A stretch of DNA of 64,000 bases. Source: an uncultured Alphaproteobacteria bacterium (GTDB taxonomy: Bacteria > Pseudomonadota > Alphaproteobacteria > Rhizobiales > Methyloligellaceae). A model generated the notes under the pieces. It ran no database searches and was not told the DNA's origin. It saw only the letters and a list, made by a program, of their open reading frames with translations. The DNA lies in assembly GCA_963825835.1 (NCBI GenBank), contig CAWGVA010000010.1, positions 26,990 through 90,989 of the forward strand, in the 5' to 3' direction. Positions 47,243 to 55,437 of this stretch are shown here, piece by piece. The position numbers and the translations under genes are program-made. Position 1 is the stretch's first letter. The number at the start of each line of letters is the position of its first letter.

Positions 47243-48568
47243 ATGAAGATGAATTTGCTTCTCGGCGAGGCTGAAGAGCCACCCAGTCGCCAAACGGCGA
47301 CACCTCAAGTTTCCACCAAACCACATCGTCTCATAAGCCCCCACTCGCAAGCGCTCCCCTCGCTGGGAGCCGTTGTCACGCGGCTCGAGCGCTTTCCGAT
47401 CGGACCGGCCACCCGCGCCTTTCGCAAGCGGTTCTATCCGGAGGTTGAAGCCACTGAGTGGAATGACTGGCGCTGGCAGGCGCGTAAGCGCATCCGCACG
47501 CTCGCAGAGCTCGAGCGGCTGTTCGTGCTGTCCGACGACGAGCGCGATGCCGTGGTGCGCCATCAAGGATCGCTGCCGCTCGGCATCACGCCGTACTATG
47601 CGAGCCTGATGAGCCGCGACGACGCGCTCGAGCCGTTGCGACGAACCCATATTCCCGTCGGCACCGAATATCTCAAGGCGCCCGGCGAGGCCGACGATCC
47701 TCTCGGCGAGGATGGCCACACGGCTGTGCCAGGTCTCGTGCACCGCTATCCGGACCGGGTGCTGTTTCTCGCCACCGGCTTCTGCTCGACCTATTGCCGC
47801 TATTGCACGCGTTCCCGCATGGTCGGTGAGCCAGGCGGCGAATATTCCTTCAGCCGCCCGCAATGGGAGGAGGCGCTCGACTACATCGCCGCACATCCCG
47901 AAATTCGCGACGTGCTGATCTCGGGCGGCGATCCGCTGACCTTGTCCGATGAGCGGCTCGACTATCTGCTCGGGCGCTTGCGCGCCATCCGCCATGTCGA
48001 GTTCGTACGGCTCGGCACCAAGGTGCCGGTGGTGCTGCCCATGAGGGTCACCCGCTCGCTCACCAGGATTCTGAAGAAGCATCATCCGCTGTGGGTGAGC
48101 CTGCACTTCACCCATCCTGCCGAGCTCTCGCCCGAGGTTACCGAGGCCTGCGCGCGGCTTGCCGACGCCGGCATTCCGCTCGGCAGCCAGACGGTGTTGC
48201 TCAAGGACATCAACGACAGCGTCGACACTCTAAAGACGCTCTATCACGGGCTGCTCAAGCGGCGCGTGCGGCCGTACTACCTCTATCAATGCGACCCGAT
48301 CTCGGGCTCGTCGCATTTCCGTACCTCCGTCGATAAGGGCCTGGAGATCATGCAAGGCTTGCGCGGCCATACCACCGGCTACGCGGTGCCGACCTATGTG
48401 ATCGACGCGCCAGGCGGCGGCGGCAAGATCCCGCTTCTGCCCGACTATGTGCAGGGCCGCGACGGCGACGACCTGATCCTGAAAAACTTCGAGGGCAAGA
48501 TCTATCGCTACACCGATCCGCAAGGGACGGTGGGAGCGGATCGGACGGCAAGCGCCGAAAATCTGTGA
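47243..48568 (+). CDS. kamA: KamA-family radical SAM lysine 2,3-aminomutase
   Basis: CSTYCRYCTRS (CxxxCxxC) cluster motif, SGGDPL, and a conserved C-terminal region ..GHTTGYAVPTYVIDAPGGGGKIP. Confidence 0.85.
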   Translation: MKMNLLLGEAEEPPSRQTATPQVSTKPHRLISPHSQALPSLGAVVTRLERFPIGPATRAFRKRFYPEVEATEWNDWRWQARKRIRTLAELERLFVLSDDERDAVVRHQGSLPLGITPYYASLMSRDDALEPLRRTHIPVGTEYLKAPGEADDPLGEDGHTAVPGLVHRYPDRVLFLATGFCSTYCRYCTRSRMVGEPGGEYSFSRPQWEEALDYIAAHPEIRDVLISGGDPLTLSDERLDYLLGRLRAIRHVEFVRLGTKVPVVLPMRVTRSLTRILKKHHPLWVSLHFTHPAELSPEVTEACARLADAGIPLGSQTVLLKDINDSVDTLKTLYHGLLKRRVRPYYLYQCDPISGSSHFRTSVDKGLEIMQGLRGHTTGYAVPTYVIDAPGGGGKIPLLPDYVQGRDGDDLILKNFEGKIYRYTDPQGTVGADRTASAENL

Positions 48569-49596
48569 TGCGTGTCGCTCTCGTCTACGACTTGCGCGAC
48601 GACTATCGCGCGCTCGGCTTCTCTGAGGAGGAGGTGGCCGAGTTCGACAACGTCGACACCATCGACCAGCTCGATGGCGCGTTGCGAGCGCTTGGCTGCG
48701 AGGTCGACCGCGTTGGCCGCGGGCAGGTGCTTGCCGCGCGGCTTGCCGCGGGGATGCGCTTCGACCTCGTGTTTTCCATTGCGGAGGGCGTGAAGGGTCG
48801 CTCGCGTGAGGCGCAGGTGCCTGCGCTCTGCGAGCTGTTCGATCAGCCTTATCTGTTGTCGGATCCGCTCACATCCGCCGTATGCCACGACAAGGCCGTG
48901 GCCAAGCGGCTGGTGCGGGCAGCCGGCGTGCCGACGCCTGCCTTCATGGTGGCGGCCTCGGACGCGAGCGAGCTTCGTGGCTGGAGCGAGTTTCCCGCTT
49001 TCGTCAAGCCGATCGCGGAAGGGACCGGCAAAGGCTGCGAGTCCGCCTCTGTGGTGCACACGCCGGAGGAGCTTGCCAGTGCCGGAACGAAGTTGCTGCA
49101 GCGCTATCGTCAGCCGGTGCTGGTCGAGACGTACTTGCCAGGCCGCGAGTTCACCGTCGGCATCGTCGGCAACGGCAGGGATGCGACGGTGCTTGGGGTC
49201 TGCGAGATCCTGCTCAAAGAGGACGCCGAGGCCAATGTCTACTCGCTGCGCAACAAGGAACTTTGCGAGGAGCTGGTGATCTACGCCCGCGCCGACGATG
49301 GGGAAGCCTGGGCCGCCGCGCGGCAGGCGCTTGCCGCTTACCAAGCGCTTGAGTGCCGGGACGCGGCGCGCATCGACTTTCGCTCCAATGCTTTCGGCGA
49401 GCCTTATTTCCTTGAAGCCAACCCGCTTGCCGGGCTGCATCCGCATCATTCGGACCTTCCCATTCTCGCCGCGCAGAACGGCGTTACTTACGTCGAGCTG
49501 ATCGGCATGATCCTCGACGCCGGCTTGGCGCGTTACGGGCTTGCCCGAGACGGCCTCAAGCGGACAGGCAAGGAGCAGGAGCGGAGACGCGCCTGA
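48568..49596 (+). CDS. ATP-grasp enzyme, D-alanine--D-alanine ligase family (paralogue 1)
   Basis: Ddl-like layout: MRVALVYD..., DKAVAKRLVRAAGVPTP, FVKPIAEGTGKG, and ARIDFR...YFLEANPLAG. Abuts the kamA stop (GTGATG). Confidence 0.8.
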   Translation: MRVALVYDLRDDYRALGFSEEEVAEFDNVDTIDQLDGALRALGCEVDRVGRGQVLAARLAAGMRFDLVFSIAEGVKGRSREAQVPALCELFDQPYLLSDPLTSAVCHDKAVAKRLVRAAGVPTPAFMVAASDASELRGWSEFPAFVKPIAEGTGKGCESASVVHTPEELASAGTKLLQRYRQPVLVETYLPGREFTVGIVGNGRDATVLGVCEILLKEDAEANVYSLRNKELCEELVIYARADDGEAWAAARQALAAYQALECRDAARIDFRSNAFGEPYFLEANPLAGLHPHHSDLPILAAQNGVTYVELIGMILDAGLARYGLARDGLKRTGKEQERRRA

Positions 49597-50585
49597 TGGC
49601 GCTCAAGCCAGGCGGCTTCATCCCCGTCGTGCATGCCGCGACGCGCCAGCGTCCTGACGAGATCGACACGCTGCTCTCCGCCGAAGCCGTGGCTCACGCG
49701 CTCGGCGAGCTCGGCTTCGCCACCGAGATCGTCGCCGTCGATCTCGACCTCAACCATTTCCTGGCCTTGAAGCGCCTGGATCCGCTTCTCGTGTTCAACC
49801 TGGTCGACGCGGTGCGCGGCGACGGCAGGCTTGCCCCGGTCATCCCCTCGATGCTCGATGCTGTGGGGCTTCCCTTTACCGGCGCCCATTCCGACGCTTG
49901 GCTCGAGACGCTGTCAAAGGTCGCGACCAAGCTGAAGCTTAAGCGTGAAGGCCTGCCCACGCCCGGCTTCTCGGTTGACGGCGCACGCCTCGATCCTGAT
50001 GCAAAGGTCATCGTCAAGGCGGTGTGGGAGCATGGCTCGCTCGGGCTCGACGAGGGCTCGGTGGTAAAGGGCGCTGACGCTGCCCGCGTCATCGCCGACC
50101 GCGTTGCGCGGTTCGGCACCGAGCATTTTGCGGAAAGTTTCGTCGAGGGGCGCGAGTTCAACCTCTCGCTGCTTGAGGAGCGTGGCCGCGCCAGCGTGTT
50201 GCCGATCGCCGAGATCGTGTTCGAGGATTGGCGTGAGGGGCGCCCGCGCATCGTCGGCTATGACGCCAAATGGACGAGCGACAGCGAGGCCTATGCCGGC
50301 ACGCCGCGCCGCTTCGGGCTGGAAAAGACCGAGTCGGCGCTTGCCGCGAACCTGGAGAAGCTCGCCAAATCCTGCTGGGACCTGTTCGGGCTTGCCGGCT
50401 ATGCCCGCGTCGACTTCCGCGTCGATCGCGAAGGCAGACCAACGATCCTCGAAGTTAACGTCAATCCTTGCCTCAACCCCGATGCAGGCTTTGCCGCGGC
50501 GGCGGCTCAAGGCGGGCTCTCCTACCGCGACCTCATCGGCAGCATTATCGATGCCGCGCCGCGAGCCTTGCCAGCCATCGCCTGA
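49596..50585 (+). CDS. ATP-grasp enzyme, D-alanine--D-alanine ligase family (paralogue 2)
   Basis: SKVATKLKLKREGLPTP, and ARVDFRVDREGRPTILEVNVNPCL. Start overlaps the previous stop (TGATG). Confidence 0.8.
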   Translation: MALKPGGFIPVVHAATRQRPDEIDTLLSAEAVAHALGELGFATEIVAVDLDLNHFLALKRLDPLLVFNLVDAVRGDGRLAPVIPSMLDAVGLPFTGAHSDAWLETLSKVATKLKLKREGLPTPGFSVDGARLDPDAKVIVKAVWEHGSLGLDEGSVVKGADAARVIADRVARFGTEHFAESFVEGREFNLSLLEERGRASVLPIAEIVFEDWREGRPRIVGYDAKWTSDSEAYAGTPRRFGLEKTESALAANLEKLAKSCWDLFGLAGYARVDFRVDREGRPTILEVNVNPCLNPDAGFAAAAAQGGLSYRDLIGSIIDAAPRALPAIA

Positions 50586-50603
50586 CATGCTTCGCATCTA
50601 GTC

Positions 50604-52865
50604 ATGTTGCGCATCCGCAAAGTGGCCGACGCCACCACGGCGCCGAACCGCGCCGCGATCGAGGCGGCGCAAAAGATCATGCGCGAGCAGTTCCCGGCGA
50701 TGCCCGATTACGACATCGCCAAGCTCCCCGAGCAGCTCGCCAATCCGCTCAAGCATCGCTTCGTCGCGCGGCTGTTCGTGGCCGAGAATGCCCGCGACCA
50801 GACCCTTGGCCTGGCGCTTCTGCTGCACGCGCCGGACATCGGCTTTTCCTATTTGGAGATTATCTCCACCGCTCTTGGCCGCACGGGGAGGGGCATTGGC
50901 GCCACGCTTTATGAGCGGGTGCGGGAAGAGGCGCGGGCGCTCGGCACGCAGCTCTATTTCGAGAGCCTGCCCGACGATCCGGCGCTCAGCCCCAACCCCG
51001 AGATCAGAGCCAACAATGCCAACCGGCTCAAATTCTACGAGCGCTACGGTGCGCGCCCGATCATCAACACCGCCTATGAGACGCCGGTGACGCCAGGCAC
51101 CACCGACCCACCCTACCTGATGCTCGATCCGCTCGGCTCAAACGATCTGCCGAGCCGCGACAAAGTGCAAAGGGTCGTGCGCGCCATACTCGAGCGGAAA
51201 TATGGGCTGGGCGCCACCTATGTGCAGTTGGTGGTGGACTCGATCCAGGACGATCCGATTCGCTTGCGCGAGCCGCGCTACACGAAGCGCCCGCAAAAGG
51301 CGGAGGTCCGTGCGTTCGACGAGCCACGCATCGCGCTCGCGCTCAACGACGACCACACCATCCACCATGTGCAGGAGCGCGGCTATGTCGAGGCGCCGGT
51401 GCGCATCCGCTCGATCATGGCCGAATTGAATGCCTCAGGCCTGTTCGAGCGGGTGCCGACCAAGCGCTTCTCCGACCGCCACATCCGCGCCGTGCATGAC
51501 GGGCGGCTCGTCGATTACATCCGCAAGGCCTGCCTCATCGCCGGCCCCAAGAAGTCGATCTATCCTTACGTGTTCCCGACGCGGAACCCGGCGCGGGCGC
51601 CGAAGGACGAGACGGTGCTCGCCGGCTATTACTGCATCGACACGTTCACGCCGCTCAATCTCAACGCCTATCTCGCCGCGCGCTCGGCGGTCGATTGCGC
51701 ACTGACCGCGGCGGAGAAGGTGCTGGAGGGGGCGGACCTCGCCTACGCGCTGGTGCGCCCGCCTGGGCACCACGCCGAGACCCGCACCTTCGGCGGCTTT
51801 TGCTATTTCAACAATGCGGCGATCGCCGCCAACATGCTCTCGCGCTACGGCCGTGTCGCCATGCTCGACATCGACTATCACCACGGCAACGGCCAGCAGG
51901 AAATCTTCTATACGCGCTCCGATGTGCTCACCGTGTCGATCCACGGTCATCCGAGCTTCGCCTATCCGTATTTCACCGGGTTCCGTGACGAGACCGGGAT
52001 CGGCCCAGGCGCCGGCTACAATCTCAATCTGCCGCTGCCTGAGCACATCACGCCGGAGCAGCACCGGAACGCGGTCGCGGAAGCGCTTCGCCGCATTCGC
52101 CGCTTCGCGCCGGCCTTCCTCGTGGTGTCGGCCGGTTTCGATACGGCTAGAGGCGATCCGACCGGTACCTGGTCCAATCGGGCACGCGACTTCGAGCAGC
52201 TCGGCCATATGCTCGGCGAGCAGGGCTACTCGACGCTCGTGGTGCAGGAGGGCGGCTATCGCGTGCGCACGCTCGGCACTAATGTGCGGAATTTCTTCGC
52301 AGGTCTGGTCAACGGCCATTCTGCCGCGCGCCAAGTGGCGCCGGCGCTCGCGCGAAGCGCCGGTCAGCGTCCGCCCGCGCGGGACGGGCTCGAATGGCGG
52401 AGCGCGGTGATGGCCGACGATGTGGGCCGCGTGCGCTCGCTTGTCGCTTCCACCGGGTTCTTCAATGCGGCTGAGGTCGACGTCGCGGCGGATCTCGTCA
52501 CAGAGCGCCTCGCCAAGGGGATTCGCTCAGGCTACCACTTCATTCTCGCCGAGCGCGGCAGCGGGCTCGTGGCCTATGCCTGCTACGGCCCGATCGAGGG
52601 CACGCAAGGCTCATTCGATCTCTACTGGATTGCCGTGGCACCTGAGGAGCAGCGCAAGGGCCTGGGGCCGCAGGTATTCGCCCGGGCCGAGAACGCCATG
52701 CGCAAAGCCGGCGCCAAGAAGGTCTATGTCGATACCTCCTCATCCGACCGCTATGCGGGCACGCGCGGTTTCTATCAGCGCATGGGCTTCGCCGAGGATG
52801 CGCGGTTGCCGGACTTCTACGGGCCCGGCGACAGCAAAGTCATCTATGTGAAGGAGCTGTTGTGA
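50604..52865 (+). CDS. Tri-domain protein: GNAT-like N-terminus, histone-deacetylase/acetylpolyamine-amidohydrolase domain, GNAT C-terminus
   Basis: N-terminal RTGRGIGATLYERV (acetyl-CoA motif A-like). Central VRPPGHHA, DIDYHHGNG and SAGFD HDAC motifs. C-terminal VAPEEQRKGLG...FYQRMGF GNAT motifs. Confidence 0.8.
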   Translation: MLRIRKVADATTAPNRAAIEAAQKIMREQFPAMPDYDIAKLPEQLANPLKHRFVARLFVAENARDQTLGLALLLHAPDIGFSYLEIISTALGRTGRGIGATLYERVREEARALGTQLYFESLPDDPALSPNPEIRANNANRLKFYERYGARPIINTAYETPVTPGTTDPPYLMLDPLGSNDLPSRDKVQRVVRAILERKYGLGATYVQLVVDSIQDDPIRLREPRYTKRPQKAEVRAFDEPRIALALNDDHTIHHVQERGYVEAPVRIRSIMAELNASGLFERVPTKRFSDRHIRAVHDGRLVDYIRKACLIAGPKKSIYPYVFPTRNPARAPKDETVLAGYYCIDTFTPLNLNAYLAARSAVDCALTAAEKVLEGADLAYALVRPPGHHAETRTFGGFCYFNNAAIAANMLSRYGRVAMLDIDYHHGNGQQEIFYTRSDVLTVSIHGHPSFAYPYFTGFRDETGIGPGAGYNLNLPLPEHITPEQHRNAVAEALRRIRRFAPAFLVVSAGFDTARGDPTGTWSNRARDFEQLGHMLGEQGYSTLVVQEGGYRVRTLGTNVRNFFAGLVNGHSAARQVAPALARSAGQRPPARDGLEWRSAVMADDVGRVRSLVASTGFFNAAEVDVAADLVTERLAKGIRSGYHFILAERGSGLVAYACYGPIEGTQGSFDLYWIAVAPEEQRKGLGPQVFARAENAMRKAGAKKVYVDTSSSDRYAGTRGFYQRMGFAEDARLPDFYGPGDSKVIYVKELL

Positions 52866-53159
52866 TGCGGCAGAGTCCTACTGCATCGACAAAGCAGGCC
52901 TCCGCCTAACCAGCGGGACTCCAAGCCAGGCGACCGCGGCATCCGGGGTCGTTGGGCGTCCTCTTTTGCGCGCCACTCGAACTCGACTTCAACGGCACAT
53001 CCAAGCGCCCGAGCAAGATGCAGCACGGCTTTCCAGGCGTCATTGGCTGCAACTCCCTGGATCGAGAAACCAAGATTTCCAAGTGGCTGGAAGCCCTCAT
53101 CGGTCTTGGAGCCCTTTTGCACCGGATGGATCGTCGATAGCCTCATATGCGGGCGAGAA

Positions 53160-54172
53160 ATGATGCCAGCGCCATATTCTGCGGATCTCAGCCGAAGGTC
53201 GGCCATCACCCTTTTGGGCGCCAGCGTGGGGCTGCTCGCCATCTGGCGCCGTGCCGTCTCGTTGGCGCTGGCCGAGGGGACTCTGAACCTTGACGGCGAC
53301 CTCGGCAGTCTCGAGCCCGGCCAATTCATCTGGGCCCCGGAACGCGCCCCTGAAGGTCCGGTTGCCATCATCGTCTCGATCCCGAAGCAGCTCGTCTTCG
53401 TCTATCGCAACGGCATCCTGATCGGCGTCTCCACCTGCTCGACCAGCAAGCCGGGCCATTCGACGCCTGCCGGCGTGTTCACCATCCTCGACAAGGCCAA
53501 GGTGCACACCTCGGCCACCTATGGCGAGCCGATGCCGGACATGGAGAAACTCACCTGGAAGGGCATCGCGCTCCATGTCGGCGATCTGCCGGGCTATCCC
53601 GACTCGCACGGCTGCGTGCACCTGCCACCTGATTTCGCCGACGATCTCTACGCCATCACCCAAATCGGGACGCCGGTCATCCTTGCAGGAGGCCACACCG
53701 ATCCGGCGTCAGTGGCCGATCCGGGACCGATCCTCGGCACCACCGCGAGAGAGGAGATCGAAGCCAAGATCGGGGGCAAGCCCATCCCGTCGTTGAGCCC
53801 GAATGCGGTCATGTCGATCCTCGTCTCGCGCGGCGACATGAAGATTTATGTGCTGCAGAAGCCGAGATCGTGGCCGAGGGCGCCGCCATCATCAAGGACC
53901 CGTCGGAGCCGATCGGCTCAAATGTCTTCGTGTGGCAGGGCGGCAACACGCACGGCTCCAGCTGGGAGGGCATGGGCTTCCATGCCTGCCCAAGCGTTCC
54001 CACCGCGCCTGACACCAACGTGCTTCAACGCATCGATGGCGCGCCCGACGTGATGGATGTGATCAGGGATCGCATCAAGCCGGGGACGGTGCTGGTGACC
54101 ACCGATCTATCGGCCTCGCCGGAGACGCGCAGCGGCAGCGGCTTCACGGTGATGGACGCGCCGACGAGTTGA
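53160..54172 (+). pseudogene. L,D-transpeptidase (YkuD domain) with an apparent -1/+2 frameshift near 53859
   Basis: Tat-like leader (SRRSAITLLGASV) and YkuD core ...GIALHVGDLPGYPDSHGCVHLP. After ..KIYVLQ the protein-like sequence continues in another frame (AEIVAEGAAIIKDPSEPIGSNVFVW...) to the stop at 54172. Confidence 0.65.
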
Positions 54173-54180
54173 GATGGCGC

Positions 54181-55206
54181 TCAGGCAGGCACGGCCTCGA
54201 TAACGGAGAGGCCTGAGCTTGTGGCCGTGACTTTCGACAGCGCAAGCTTTGCTTGCGTGAGCAGCCGCTCGAGCTCCTGAAGCGTACGCGCCCGGCCGCC
54301 GGTGATGACCATCATATGCAGGTCGGTCATCACGGCGCTCGGATCGTCGTGAGCTTGCTCGGGGAGCAGGCGCTCGATGATCGCGAGCTTGGCACGCGCC
54401 GGCATGGCATCGCGGCAGCTTCCCAGGATGGCGCGGGCCGCCACATCGTCCCAATGCTGGAGCACGCTTTTCAGCACATAGAGGTCGGCCTCGACGGGGA
54501 TCTCGGCGAGGAAGTCCCCGCCGGCGAGGGTCACGCGATCGAACACGCCATGGGACGTGAGAAACTTCTTGGCGCCGATGATGGTCTCGGGCAGGTCGAA
54601 GAGGATGCCTCGCACGTCGGGATGCGCTTGAAGGATCGCGGCGAGCAGCCCGCCATGACCGCCGCCGATATCGGCGACGCGGCCGACGCCCGCGAGATCT
54701 AGCGCCTCTATGATCGGGCCGGCTCCCGCGAAGGTCTCGCTCGCGAGATAGGCTGCAAAGATGTCACCGCCGCGAAAGTTCTCGTTCCGCCACGCCCACA
54801 CATCGGTGCCGAACACATGCTCGAAGGCAGGTTCGCCGGTTTGCAGGGTCGAGACGAGGTCGGCCCAGGGGCGCCAATATTGCTCGACCACGATCATGAC
54901 CTTCTCGCCGAGCCGAGAGGGCGAACCGAGCTTGAGGGAGCGGCCGAGGTCCGTTAGCGCGAAGCTGCCATCGGAACGCTCCTCGCAGATCCCGATGGTC
55001 ACCAGCCCCCTCAGAAAACGGAGGAGGTGCGGCGTGGAAAGGCCGAACTCTGCCGCCAACGCCGGCGCGGTCCAGGGCCGCGCGCCCATACGGTCGGGCA
55101 GCCCAAGCTTCACCGCCGCATAGACAAGCGCCGAGGCGTGATACGCCTCGATCGCGGCGCGCAGGCGCTCCTCCGCGTGCTTTTCCCCAGTCTCATTCAT
55201 GACCAA
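54181..55206 (-). CDS. Class I SAM-dependent O-methyltransferase (family 2, with N-terminal dimerisation/wHTH domain)
   Basis: VADIGGGHGGLL SAM-binding motif. 341 aa with COMT/ASMT-like architecture. Confidence 0.8.
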   Translation of the reverse strand: MVMNETGEKHAEERLRAAIEAYHASALVYAAVKLGLPDRMGARPWTAPALAAEFGLSTPHLLRFLRGLVTIGICEERSDGSFALTDLGRSLKLGSPSRLGEKVMIVVEQYWRPWADLVSTLQTGEPAFEHVFGTDVWAWRNENFRGGDIFAAYLASETFAGAGPIIEALDLAGVGRVADIGGGHGGLLAAILQAHPDVRGILFDLPETIIGAKKFLTSHGVFDRVTLAGGDFLAEIPVEADLYVLKSVLQHWDDVAARAILGSCRDAMPARAKLAIIERLLPEQAHDDPSAVMTDLHMMVITGGRARTLQELERLLTQAKLALSKVTATSSGLSVIEAVPA

Positions 55207-55213
55207 TCATGTC

Positions 55214-55377
55214 ATGGCGGGGCTCGTCCCGGCCATCCACGTCTTTTTCATCCCTCCCCTCCAGGGGAGGGTGGCGAGCCCGGCTTGCCGGGATCGCCGG
55301 GTGGGGTGATCACACGAGCCCCCACCCCGACGACGCCTTAAACGAGGCGTCGTCGGACCTCCCCGCAAGGGGGAGGT
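55214..55377. repeat. REP/RIME-like intergenic mosaic of five hairpins
   Basis: Hairpins: ATGGCGGGG..CCCGGCCAT, CCCTCCCC-tcca-GGGGAGGG, CCCGG-cttg-CCGGG, CCGACGACGCC-ttaaacga-GGCGTCGTCGG and ACCTCCCC-gcaag-GGGGAGGT. Produces the spurious ...MAGTSPAMT ORF. Confidence 0.6.
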
Positions 55378-55437
55378 ATGCAGAGAGCCTAGCCGCAGGG
55401 CCATTGCCGACTCGGGCGCTATTCGCTAACCAACGCC

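Noticed and set aside
52844-53371. 175-aa minus-strand ORF spanning the spacer and the start of the L,D-transpeptidase gene.
   Set aside because: Its N-terminal half is antisense to the transpeptidase leader and is junk-like. Only a short middle stretch looks protein-like, and that is reported as a low-interest finding.
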